From: Elusimicrobiota bacterium
GTDB taxonomy: Bacteria; Elusimicrobiota; Elusimicrobia; UBA1565
Reading direction: 5' to 3'
Assembly (NCBI GenBank): GCA_043827405.1
Contig: JBDRPD010000029.1
Coordinates: 1-47,777 of the forward strand
Length of the DNA: 47,777 nucleotides
A program made the translations under genes and the position numbers. Of this stretch, positions 8,862 through 17,712 are shown piece after piece (positions within the stretch are counted from its first letter, which is position 1; each line of letters starts with the position of its first letter). Under the pieces are notes generated by a model. The model was given only the letters and a program-made list of their open reading frames with translations. It searched no databases and was not told the DNA's origin.

Positions 8862-11761
8862 CCAGAGAAGCAGCGACCCTCATGAAGCAGGCCGCGCGGC
8901 TTGCCGTCGGAGCGGCGTTGGCGTGTGCGGGCCGGGCTTTCGCGGCGCCATGGAAGCCCATGGAGCCCCAGGAGGCGGCCGCGCTGATCGCGCGGATGCA
9001 AGCCAATCCTCGCGGTCCGTACGAGCGCGTGATGTGGCATTGCCGGGACGGCTCCATACTGCCCCCTGTATCGTACGGCTGCGCGGAACGCGGCGGCGGC
9101 CGCCAATACGGCATCCCGGGTGCGGACGCCAAGGAGCTCGCGGCGGCGGGCATATATGTCGGGACGGTCCTCTCCTCGCTGACGCCCGCCGACTTGACCG
9201 CCGAGGACTATTACCGCGCGCGCGCGTTCATCATCGAAAAATTCCTCGAGTCCACGCTCGACGGCTGGGCGCTGCGTTCGGCGAAGTCCTATCGCGGCTT
9301 CCGGCAGGCCGAGGACGAGGAGAAGGCCGCCCAATCCCTGCTGGCCGCCTTGGCCCGCGATGACGTTTGGGTCCGGCGTCATCGCTACCTAGCCGTGCGG
9401 CTGGCGAGATCCATGCCCGCCGGAGCGGATGAGAGCTTGGCCAACGATATACGCGCCTTGGCCACCCAACTGGCGGACAAAGATCCCGCCTTCCAGGGCA
9501 TACGCTCCAAGATCCACTCCATTATGGAGCCCGGCGACGCCAGCGCGGTGTTGAGCTACGCGGAAGCGGCTCCGGCGGTCGCGCCGCTGGCGAGGGAGCT
9601 GGCGGAGAAGATCAGGATGTATTATGACCCGCGCCAATGGCGGGGCCGCCTGCGGCGCATCAAGCGCTCCCTGTCGGACAAGCGGATCGCCGGCCTGATC
9701 GACGACCTGGTTTCCGGAGAGGTCGATGTCTTCGCGCGCATCCGGATCATCGAGGATCTGCTCGTCGCGGCGGACCGCGCGCTCGGCCAGCCCGCGTCCC
9801 GCGAGAATGGGAACCGCCCCCACCTGATCCATCTCATGAGCGCGCTGGAGGATATCCTGGCCTCAACGACCGCGCAGCTCAGAGGAGCGAGCATGTTCCG
9901 GCTGCAGGCGGTGGAGACCGCGGCGAGACTTCTTAGGTGCGCCCAGGCGCTCGGCATTATCTCGCAGCGCGAGCTGGAAGCCGCCGGGCCGGTCATGACG
10001 CGGATGCGGACGGGCGCGGGAGGAGATTACGTCGCCGGCTACCGCCAGCTGCTGCGTACCGCCGAGTGGTCGCGGGCCTTGGTGCTTTCCGAGCTGGGAA
10101 TCCCTATCGGCCGGTATGCCTTGGCGGAAGGCCGGGCGGCGCAGACCGTGGACGAGGTGCTGCGCAGCGGGGTGATGCTGCCGCTGGCGGTGATCGCGGA
10201 CCGCGTCGGCGCCGACATCGACTCGCTGCGGGGAAGGGATCACCGCCTCTACGGCGTGAAGGGCGGCGGGTTGCGGGGCGAGAACCAGGGCCTCGCCATC
10301 GGCCCGCTCCGCGTCCGGGAGCATTCCCAAGCGCTCAAGGGGCTCAAGCGCAACGACGTGGTGCTGCTCTACGAGCTCCCTTCGGAGCTGTCGCCGGTCG
10401 CCGGGATAATTACGGTAGGAGCGCCCGGCAGCCTCTCGCATGTCGCCCTGCTGGTGCGCAACCTGGGGATTCCCTTGGTCTCGGTGGATGGGGAGACGGC
10501 CGACGCGATCAAGGCGTGGGCGGGGCGGGAGGTGGTTCTGGGCGTCAGCGCGGGCGGGCGCGTGGTCATGGGCGAGCTCGGCGCTTTCAGCGAGGAGGAC
10601 CGGCGGCTCCTCGGCAGGTCGTCCGCCAAGGACCAGCCTTTCCTGCGCGTCCCGTACAAGTCGCTCGACCTTCGCTTCGCGGAGGTCCTGGCGCTGAGCG
10701 CGATCTCCGAGCGGGATTCCGGCGTGCGGGTCGGGCCCAAGGCCGCCGAGCTGGCCCGGCTAAAGCGGCTGTTCCCGGCGCGCGTGAGCGGCGCGGCGGT
10801 GCTGCCGTTCGGGCTGTTCGTCGCCCACGCCGACCGGCCGGGACCCGGCGGAGCCGCGTCACCCCTGGCGAGGCTGCGGTGGGCCTATGCGCAGGCGGCC
10901 GCCAAGAGCGTCGAGGAACGGGAGGGTTTTCTCTTGGCGGAGCTCGCGAGGTTCCGCAAGCAGATAATGGAGCTCCCCTTCCCGGACGGATTCGAGATCA
11001 AGATCGAAGCGGCGCTTGCGCGCCTGGGCATGCCCGAAACCTTCGGAGTCTTCGTCCGCAGCGACACCAATGTCGAGGATCTCAGGGAGTTCACCGGAGC
11101 CGGCCTGAACCTGACGGTGCCCAACGTCACGGCGCGCAGTTCGATTCTCGCGGCGATCCGCGCGGTATGGGCCTCGCCGTTCTCCGAGCGCTCCTATGCC
11201 TGGCGGCAGCGCGTTCTTCTTGATCCGGAGCATGTCTATCCTTCCGTCATCCTGCACAAGACCGTCCCGGCCGAGATATCGGGGGTCCTGGTGACGATGG
11301 ACATGGAGACGGGAGACCCCGGACAGATTACCGTGAGCGCCAGCGAGGGCGTGGCGGCGGTGGTGGACAGCGGCCTGCCGGAGACGATCGTCGTGCCCAA
11401 GCAGGGGGGGGCAGTCCGCTGGCTGTCCTCGTCCCGGACCTCGACCAAAAAGGCGGTTGCGGCGCCGCCGCAAGAGGGACTCGTGACGCTCCCCGCGGCG
11501 GGAGACGAGCCGCTCCTTGGAGCGGAGCGGATAGAGGAGATCCTGGGCGTAGTTTCCCGCCTGGAGTCGATCGAGCGGCCCGACCCGGCGGTGCCCTGGG
11601 ATGTGGAGTTCGGATTCGTGAAGGATCGGATGTTCCTTATGCAGCTGCGGCCGCTCAAGGCTTCCCGGTCGGCTGTCCGGCAGCCTTATTTGCGGCGGCT
11701 GGACCGGGAGGGCTCGGCGAAAATCGGCATGATCGACATGAACCGGCCGTTAACCAGGTGA
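8858..11761 (+). CDS. Signal-peptide-bearing PEP-synthase/dikinase-fold protein (phospho-His domain then ATP-grasp)
   Basis: MKQAARLAVGAALACAGRAFA-A leader (alternative start 8882); GSLSHVALLVRNLGIP His-swivel motif; VGPKAAEL, FVRSDTNVEDLREFTGAG, SGVLVT, DVEFG..LMQLRP nucleotide-binding motifs. Confidence 0.8.
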   Translation: MTREAATLMKQAARLAVGAALACAGRAFAAPWKPMEPQEAAALIARMQANPRGPYERVMWHCRDGSILPPVSYGCAERGGGRQYGIPGADAKELAAAGIYVGTVLSSLTPADLTAEDYYRARAFIIEKFLESTLDGWALRSAKSYRGFRQAEDEEKAAQSLLAALARDDVWVRRHRYLAVRLARSMPAGADESLANDIRALATQLADKDPAFQGIRSKIHSIMEPGDASAVLSYAEAAPAVAPLARELAEKIRMYYDPRQWRGRLRRIKRSLSDKRIAGLIDDLVSGEVDVFARIRIIEDLLVAADRALGQPASRENGNRPHLIHLMSALEDILASTTAQLRGASMFRLQAVETAARLLRCAQALGIISQRELEAAGPVMTRMRTGAGGDYVAGYRQLLRTAEWSRALVLSELGIPIGRYALAEGRAAQTVDEVLRSGVMLPLAVIADRVGADIDSLRGRDHRLYGVKGGGLRGENQGLAIGPLRVREHSQALKGLKRNDVVLLYELPSELSPVAGIITVGAPGSLSHVALLVRNLGIPLVSVDGETADAIKAWAGREVVLGVSAGGRVVMGELGAFSEEDRRLLGRSSAKDQPFLRVPYKSLDLRFAEVLALSAISERDSGVRVGPKAAELARLKRLFPARVSGAAVLPFGLFVAHADRPGPGGAASPLARLRWAYAQAAAKSVEEREGFLLAELARFRKQIMELPFPDGFEIKIEAALARLGMPETFGVFVRSDTNVEDLREFTGAGLNLTVPNVTARSSILAAIRAVWASPFSERSYAWRQRVLLDPEHVYPSVILHKTVPAEISGVLVTMDMETGDPGQITVSASEGVAAVVDSGLPETIVVPKQGGAVRWLSSSRTSTKKAVAAPPQEGLVTLPAAGDEPLLGAERIEEILGVVSRLESIERPDPAVPWDVEFGFVKDRMFLMQLRPLKASRSAVRQPYLRRLDREGSAKIGMIDMNRPLTR

Positions 11762-11765
11762 GCGG

Positions 11766-13079
11766 ATGAGGAGAACGTGCGCGCGAAGGTTGCTGGAGGG
11801 GGCGGTGTTGATTCTCGGCCTCGCCTGTCTGCGGCAGGGCGCGGCGGCCTACCCGACGGATGCGGGAGAACGGACGGGCATCCGCCGGTTGTTCTGGCAG
11901 GCCCAGGTCGATAGCGGGGCGGAGCGGGGGACTAAGAATCCGCCCGGTGGACGCTGGGGGTCCGAGCGGATCCGCTTGCGGCTATCGGGTGCGGGGGGGG
12001 AATTCCGTTTGTCCGAGAGCACTCCCAAGGACCCCGGCCTCCAGAAGGGGCTGCAGGACATATTAAAGCGCGGCGGATGGGAGTCCTACGGGGTGGCGAT
12101 CGTCGATCTCTCCAGCCCGGAGTCTCCGCGCTACGCGGCCGTCAATGAGCTCCGGCGGCAGATCCCCGGCAGCACGGCCAAGGTGCTGGCGGCGGCGGCT
12201 TTGCTGGAGGCGCTGCGGTCGCTATATCCCGGCGATATCCCGGCGCGCGAAGCGGCTCTGCGGACGATCCGGGTCCCGGCGGACGCTTGGGTCATGCCGA
12301 ACTCTCACGATGTGCCGATCGTATCGTCAGCCGGGGTGGTTAACCGGCCCATTCGTCCCGGCGACGTATTCTCGTTGTGGGAGTGGCTGGACCATGCCCT
12401 ATCCCCCAGCTCCAATGCCGCGGGGACCATGGTGTGGCGCGAGGCGGCGCTGCTGCGCTTGCTGCGGCGGCAGTATCCTCCTGCGGCATGGGACGGAAAG
12501 CTCTTCGGGCGCTGGAGCCGGCAGGATTTCACCACAGCCGTATTCGACGCGGTCGATGTCCCACAGGCTCGGGCCGGGCTCGATACGGACCTGTTTCGAA
12601 TCCGCACCTTCTTCACTGCGGGCGCCTCCCGCTACATCCACTCTTCAAGCAGTTTCGGGACTCCCCTGGGCCTGGCGCAGTGGCTGCTCGGCATGGAGCA
12701 GGGCCGGATCGTCGACTCGTGGTCCAGCCTGGAGCTCAAGCGCCTTCTGTACATCACGCGCCGGCGCATCCGCTATGCCGCGGCTCCGGAGCTGGCGGGG
12801 AGCGCTGTGTACTTTAAAAGCGGTAGTCTCTACAAGTGCAAACCCGAGGAGGACTTCACCTGCAAGAAGTATATGGGCAACGCCCAGAACATGCTGAACT
12901 CGCTGGCCCTTGTCGAGGTGCCGTCCGCGGAGCCCGACAACGGCGGTCATGATGGCATGGCCCATTCTTATATCGTGGCGGTGATGTCGAACGTGCTCAA
13001 GCGGAACTCGGCCGCGGATCATGCGCGGCTCGCGGGCGAAATCCACCGGCTCCTGACCGGCCGTCCTGCGAAGAAATGA
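11766..13079 (+). CDS. Exported serine hydrolase, class A beta-lactamase/PBP-like
   Basis: Signal peptide; SxxK (GSTAK), SxN (PSSN), KSG (FKSGS). Confidence 0.75.
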   Translation: MRRTCARRLLEGAVLILGLACLRQGAAAYPTDAGERTGIRRLFWQAQVDSGAERGTKNPPGGRWGSERIRLRLSGAGGEFRLSESTPKDPGLQKGLQDILKRGGWESYGVAIVDLSSPESPRYAAVNELRRQIPGSTAKVLAAAALLEALRSLYPGDIPAREAALRTIRVPADAWVMPNSHDVPIVSSAGVVNRPIRPGDVFSLWEWLDHALSPSSNAAGTMVWREAALLRLLRRQYPPAAWDGKLFGRWSRQDFTTAVFDAVDVPQARAGLDTDLFRIRTFFTAGASRYIHSSSSFGTPLGLAQWLLGMEQGRIVDSWSSLELKRLLYITRRRIRYAAAPELAGSAVYFKSGSLYKCKPEEDFTCKKYMGNAQNMLNSLALVEVPSAEPDNGGHDGMAHSYIVAVMSNVLKRNSAADHARLAGEIHRLLTGRPAKK

Positions 13080-14026
13080 AACTTGGAACCGCGACTTTCG
13101 CCGTCGCTCTCCTGGCGGTCTTTGGCCTTCTTGCCTTCGCGGGCGAGGATGCGCTGCCGCCTGTCGAGCTGGACGCCAAGGGCTACCCGATAGGAGAAGC
13201 GGCCCTCAGCTGCCGGGCGAACTATCCCCTGCTGCGAAAGAACGCGGAGCTGACGGCCGCGCTGACCACCGCGTTGGAGAAAGCGGGATACGCGGAGGCG
13301 GTCAGGAAGAAGAAGCTGGCGGTGTCCATAGTCGACCTGACTCCCCCCAAGCGTATTTATTACGCGGCGACCAACGGCAACCATATGATGTACGCCGCCA
13401 GCCTGCCGAAGATCGCCGCGCTTCTCGCCTACGTGGAGGCGGTCAAAGGAGGCCGGCTGCCCTGGAACGACGCGGTCCGGGAGCGGCTCTCCCGCATGAT
13501 CAACGCTTCAAGCAACAAGGACGCTACATGGGCGATCGAGCAGGTCGGTCTCGAGTACATTGAGACGGTCCTGCGCAAGCCGGGCCGGTGCTTTTACGGC
13601 GACCGCTACGGCGGGCAGTGGCTGGGCAAGCCCTATCGGAAAGACAGCAAAGCGAGGCGGGATCCCCTGCGCGGGCTTTCCCACGGCGCCACGACGCGGC
13701 AAACTGCGCGCTGGTTCGTGCTGCTCGCCAAGGGGCTGTTGGTCGATTCAGTGAGCAGCGAGCGGATGATGGGGGTGATGAGCCCGCCGAAAAAAAATCA
13801 CAAGTTCGTCAAAGGGCTGGGTTCGGTGAAGGGTGTGCGCATCCTGGCGAGAAAAAGCGGGACCTGGCGGACCTACCACTCCGACAGCATCCTGGTCGAG
13901 CACGATAACGGCGTCCGCTATGTGGCGGTCGGGATGCTGGACCACCCCAAAGGGGGGAGAATTCTCACCGAGATGATAGGGATCATCGACAAGCTGATGG
14001 TCGAGGGAAAGCACCGCGCGCCTTAG
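13076..14026 (+). CDS. Exported serine hydrolase, class A beta-lactamase/PBP-like
   Basis: Signal peptide; YAASLPKI (SxxK), ASSN (SxN), RKSGTW (KTG-like). ATGA overlap with the previous gene. Confidence 0.82.
   Translation: MKLGTATFAVALLAVFGLLAFAGEDALPPVELDAKGYPIGEAALSCRANYPLLRKNAELTAALTTALEKAGYAEAVRKKKLAVSIVDLTPPKRIYYAATNGNHMMYAASLPKIAALLAYVEAVKGGRLPWNDAVRERLSRMINASSNKDATWAIEQVGLEYIETVLRKPGRCFYGDRYGGQWLGKPYRKDSKARRDPLRGLSHGATTRQTARWFVLLAKGLLVDSVSSERMMGVMSPPKKNHKFVKGLGSVKGVRILARKSGTWRTYHSDSILVEHDNGVRYVAVGMLDHPKGGRILTEMIGIIDKLMVEGKHRAP
13986..14023 (+). repeat. Direct repeat B, copy 1 (3' end of the serine hydrolase gene; copy 2 at 17142-17179)
   Basis: TCGACAAGCTGATGGTCGAGGGAAAGCACCGCGCGCCT vs TCGCCAAACTGATGGTCGAGGGAAAGCACCGTACGCCT: 34/38 identical, 23-bp perfect core. 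Confidence 0.9.
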
Positions 14027-14029
14027 CCT

Positions 14030-16210
14030 CTATTTGGCCTTCTTGATGAGATCGAGCGGCAGGCGGAAGAGATCGCTTACGGGCCGCCAAAAAGCGTCGG
14101 AGATCGACCGGGCGGACAGGACCGTGACTTTTGGGTTCTGACGCGGTCCCCGGACTTCGACCCAGATGGGCACCAGGCCCATGCGGTTGTTGAGCAGGAT
14201 CTTGCGGACGCCGGGGACGGCCCGGATGACCTCGTCGAGCACCGTGAGGAAATGGATCACGAAGCGGCCGTCTATCGTCTCGTCGCTGAGGTCGTAGGAG
14301 CCGATAAAGGCCAGCTTGAAAGCGGGGTTCTCGATGTGCGCCGGCGTACGGATGACCGCCTTGCCGCCGCCCAGCTCGATCTGCGCCCGACCCGACCGGA
14401 AGGGCAGGCCGAGTTCGGACTTGCGCCCCATGCGCCGCAGGACCGAAGTGACGCTCAGCGCCGACAAGACCTGCACCAGGGCCGGGGCCTGCCATATCTT
14501 CCCATCCTTGACTTCGATGTCGATGGTCCCCGCGGCATGCCGCCATTGCGGCTGGTCGAGAGGTCCGCGCAAGCGGCCGCGGGTATGCCCGACGCCCGAT
14601 ATCATGTACTTCGCGCCGGAAGAGCGCATGAGCTTCTCGATATCCATGCCTTCCGTGCTCCACCGGATGTCGTAGGACGCCGGCTCGCGGGTAGACAGTT
14701 CGATGTCGGCAGCGAGAGAGCCGCCCATGCCGCGGGCGCGCAATCCCGATATGCGGACGATCTCCGGTCGTTTCTCGAGCTTCAAGGCCAGTTCTTCGAG
14801 CGGGGTTTCGCGAAACCGCGCCTGGAGGAATTTCGCTTGCGCGTCTACGGCCCAATCGTCTCCGGCCAGGCCGTCGGGAATTTCCCGCAGGAGCCGCATC
14901 CAATCGTGCAGGCGTTCCAGGTCAAGCATCTTCCCTTCGATCTCCGCCGTGAGGCTCCGGGTGGAAACAGTATGAGCAAGCGCCTGAAGCTTCCAGGCAT
15001 CGCCGGCCTGCAGGTCGATCCGCCAGGGCGCCTGCGGCTTCCATTCGATCCTGGCGCGCAGCTGCGGTATCGCGGAAGTTGAGCTGGTTCCGTTGGTGAA
15101 CGAAAAATCCCGCAGTGAGATGTCGGCCCGGCCGGAGCCTCGGAGAGCCGGAAGCTCATCAAGTTGGCCTTCCCAGCGCCCGGTCCCGGATGCCGTACCC
15201 GAGGCGATGGCCGGCCACCCCGCCGCTCGGGTGATGTCTTCCAACTGAATTTCAGGGATATCCCATTCCAGCCGCGCCTTGCGCGCGCGCCAAGTCGCCC
15301 GCGCCGTGCCGCGCATTCCGGGCTGCGATGCGGCGAGCTTGAGCGTGGAAGTCGAATGGGACGATACGCGGAAGTCGCCCCTCATTTTCAGGGCGGCGAA
15401 TGCTCCGGGCGGGCGCAGGTCCGCGACGGTGCCGCTTACGTCCCAGCGCAGCCCCGCATCGCGGCGGCGCAGGCGGGCCGCGGCGGCGATATTTCCCGTC
15501 CAGCCTTTGCCGGCGGGAGCGAACTCGTCAAGCGCTTCCAGCGGCAGCTCCGCTGACTGCGCGCGGACGGTCAGGCCGGGACGGAAGGCTCCCGTCAGCG
15601 TCAGGCCGCTTCTGAACTCATTGCGTCTCAGCTCGCCGGACAGCCGGAACGGGACAGATCCTCCAAGCAGGATGAAGCCGTCGGCCTGCAGCGCGGTCTG
15701 CCGCCGCGGTGCGTCATCCTTCCATAAGCGCAAAGTCGCTTTCCTGAGCTCGATGCGGCGGAACTTGAAGCCGACCCCGGAGGGAGCGGAGCCGGCGTTA
15801 GCGTCTTCTTGCGCGGCCTCCTTCACCATCTGGGCCAGCGGGAAGCGGCCATCGGAGCGGCGGATGAGATGCGTTCGCAGCTGCAGGATCGTCATCCGCT
15901 CGATCTCGAAGCTTCCATACAGCATCCTCAGGAGGGCGACATCGAGAACGATTTCCGGGCTCGACGCCAGCACGGAGCCGTCCGTCTCGAGCAAGCGGAC
16001 ATCCCGACCGATCAGGGCGGGGCTGGGCAGCACGCGCCACTCCAGGTTCTCGATGAGCAGCCTCCGGCGGAGATACTTGGATGCGGCGCCTTCCAATCGG
16101 GGCCGGAGGTCGTCTGCCAGGTTATGCAGGTAGCGCGCGGCGCCGCAGGCAACGAGGAGCACGGTGAGCCCCAACGCTGCGCGGAGCCGGGGACTTGTTG
16201 CGGCGCGCAT
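14030..16210 (-). CDS. AsmA-like (repeating beta-groove) envelope protein
   Basis: N-terminal TM; IERMTILQLRTHLIRRSDG AsmA N-terminus; AsmA_2-like C-terminus (GTIDIEVKDGKI...LAFIGSYDL...GPRQNPKV). Start 16210 overlaps the upstream stop (TAATG). Confidence 0.8.
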   Translation of the reverse strand: MRAATSPRLRAALGLTVLLVACGAARYLHNLADDLRPRLEGAASKYLRRRLLIENLEWRVLPSPALIGRDVRLLETDGSVLASSPEIVLDVALLRMLYGSFEIERMTILQLRTHLIRRSDGRFPLAQMVKEAAQEDANAGSAPSGVGFKFRRIELRKATLRLWKDDAPRRQTALQADGFILLGGSVPFRLSGELRRNEFRSGLTLTGAFRPGLTVRAQSAELPLEALDEFAPAGKGWTGNIAAAARLRRRDAGLRWDVSGTVADLRPPGAFAALKMRGDFRVSSHSTSTLKLAASQPGMRGTARATWRARKARLEWDIPEIQLEDITRAAGWPAIASGTASGTGRWEGQLDELPALRGSGRADISLRDFSFTNGTSSTSAIPQLRARIEWKPQAPWRIDLQAGDAWKLQALAHTVSTRSLTAEIEGKMLDLERLHDWMRLLREIPDGLAGDDWAVDAQAKFLQARFRETPLEELALKLEKRPEIVRISGLRARGMGGSLAADIELSTREPASYDIRWSTEGMDIEKLMRSSGAKYMISGVGHTRGRLRGPLDQPQWRHAAGTIDIEVKDGKIWQAPALVQVLSALSVTSVLRRMGRKSELGLPFRSGRAQIELGGGKAVIRTPAHIENPAFKLAFIGSYDLSDETIDGRFVIHFLTVLDEVIRAVPGVRKILLNNRMGLVPIWVEVRGPRQNPKVTVLSARSISDAFWRPVSDLFRLPLDLIKKAK

Positions 16211-17052
16211 TACAGGCGGATCGAAGCCCCCTCCCTGGCGGCAAAGCACTCAAGGGACGAGCCCTCCTGCCGGATCAGCCCCTGGCAGTGTTCGACCTGA
16301 CGATCCAGATCGTCGTCAGAGCGGTCCGGGTCATGGTGGAAAAGACAGAGGCTCTTGGCTCCGGACTCGAGGGCGAGACGCACGGCGCTGGAATAGGTCG
16401 TATGTCCCCATCCTCGGGTCTGCTCGTACTCATGGTCCGTATATTGGGCGTCATGGATGAGCAGGTCGGCATCGCGGCAGAAGTCGAGGTAGTCTTCCCG
16501 CGCGCGCCCACCGGCGTGCGCGTGGTCGAGCTCGTTGTCGGTGAGGAAGACGAGGCGCTTGCCCGCCTTGGTGAACTTGAATCCATAACCTCCGTTGGGG
16601 TGGCTGAGCGGGATCGCGCCGAGCACCACCAGGCCGATATCTCCCGGGGGGAGGCAGTCGTCGCCGAAGTTGAACTTCGCTTTTAGATGCTTGAACTCTA
16701 TGGGGAAGTACGGCGGGCTCATCTGGTGCGAAATATACTGCTTGAGAGATTCCCGGGCTTTGGGTCCGCCGTATACGTTGATCGTGTAGCGCGCCAGGTA
16801 GGCCGGCAAGAAAAAGGGGAAACCGGATAGATGGTCCCAGTGCGAATGGGTCAGCAGCAGGTAGAGCTCGTTAACCGACGGATCCTGCGCGAGCTTCTTG
16901 CCGAGGTTGCGTATCCCTGAGCCCGCGTCCACGATGATCACTCCGCCCTCGCGCGGGCGAATCTCCAGGCAGGTGCTGTTTCCGCCGTAGCGAAGGGTGT
17001 TCTGCCCCGGAGATGCGATGGATCCGCGGCTGCCCCAAAAAGTTATCTGCAT
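16210..17052 (-). CDS. MBL-fold metallo-hydrolase
   Basis: MQITFWGSRGS, YGGNSTC, DAGSG, THSHWDH, HDAQY, WGH, FHHDP; SD GGAGGT before ATG 17052. Confidence 0.92.
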   Translation of the reverse strand: MQITFWGSRGSIASPGQNTLRYGGNSTCLEIRPREGGVIIVDAGSGIRNLGKKLAQDPSVNELYLLLTHSHWDHLSGFPFFLPAYLARYTINVYGGPKARESLKQYISHQMSPPYFPIEFKHLKAKFNFGDDCLPPGDIGLVVLGAIPLSHPNGGYGFKFTKAGKRLVFLTDNELDHAHAGGRAREDYLDFCRDADLLIHDAQYTDHEYEQTRGWGHTTYSSAVRLALESGAKSLCLFHHDPDRSDDDLDRQVEHCQGLIRQEGSSLECFAAREGASIRL

Positions 17053-17141
17053 GCCGACCTCCGCGCTGAGCCAGCGCCGCCATGAATGTACATGGCACGC
17101 GGGTACGGTAGCATTATCGCCGCTGAGGGCAGGCATATGCT

Positions 17142-17179
17142 TCGCCAAACTGATGGTCGAGGGAAAGCACCGTACGCCT
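17142..17179 (+). repeat. Direct repeat B, copy 2 (orphan copy of the hydrolase 3' end)
   Basis: Intergenic; still reads KLMVEGKHRTP vs KLMVEGKHRAP in the gene. Confidence 0.9.
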
Positions 17180-17305
17180 GGATCGTGAGCTGTTTTTGTG
17201 TAATCGTGTTCTATTTCCGCTACCATATCATCGTGTACCGCGTATTATCCTCATCGTCGAAGGCCTAGCAGCGTGAGGCGAGTGATAAATTCCAATGGAG
17301 GTTAT

Positions 17306-17635
17306 ATGCGTATCATCCTGACATTGCTGGTGCTGCAATTGGGTTTCGCCGGATGCGTGACGCTGGGACGGCCGTTCGATGCGGTTCGCGTTGCGGGGAT
17401 CAAGGTGGGAACGACCACAGAGCGGGACCTCATTCGCAGTTTCGGCGAGCCGTACCGCCGCGGGCTTGACGACGGTGACGATACGGCGACCTGGATCCAT
17501 TACAAACTGAGATTGTTCGGCGACCGCAATACCCGGGACCTATACATTCGGCTCAATGCGGAAGGGACGATCAAATCCTATTCTTTCAACTCAAATTTCC
17601 CGGGAGACCAAGACGTAATCAGGAAGTCCCGGTAG
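17306..17635 (+). CDS. BamE/SmpA-like small lipoprotein
   Basis: SD GGAGG; lipobox FAGC; IKVGTTTERDLIRSFGEP motif. Confidence 0.75.
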   Translation: MRIILTLLVLQLGFAGCVTLGRPFDAVRVAGIKVGTTTERDLIRSFGEPYRRGLDDGDDTATWIHYKLRLFGDRNTRDLYIRLNAEGTIKSYSFNSNFPGDQDVIRKSR

Positions 17636-17645
17636 GGTCGTACAG

Positions 17646-17698
17646 GGGTAGCGCGGCGGGGGGAAATGCGGTATCCTGCGGCAGGTCTTTTATCCGCA
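17646..17698 (+). repeat. Direct repeat A, copy 2 (upstream of mgtE)
   Basis: See 7299-7351; ends 14 nt before the mgtE ATG. Confidence 0.9.
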
Positions 17699-17712
17699 TC
17701 GGGAGTCAGCAT

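Noticed and set aside
8858..11761. Annotating the gene as ppsA, ppdK or rph
   Set aside because: The domain order is reversed, there is no pyruvate-binding barrel, and it has a signal peptide.
11766..14026. Calling the two SxxK proteins antibiotic-resistance beta-lactamases
   Set aside because: The fold motifs are present, but I cannot identify the class A omega-loop Glu166 motif, so activity is unknown.
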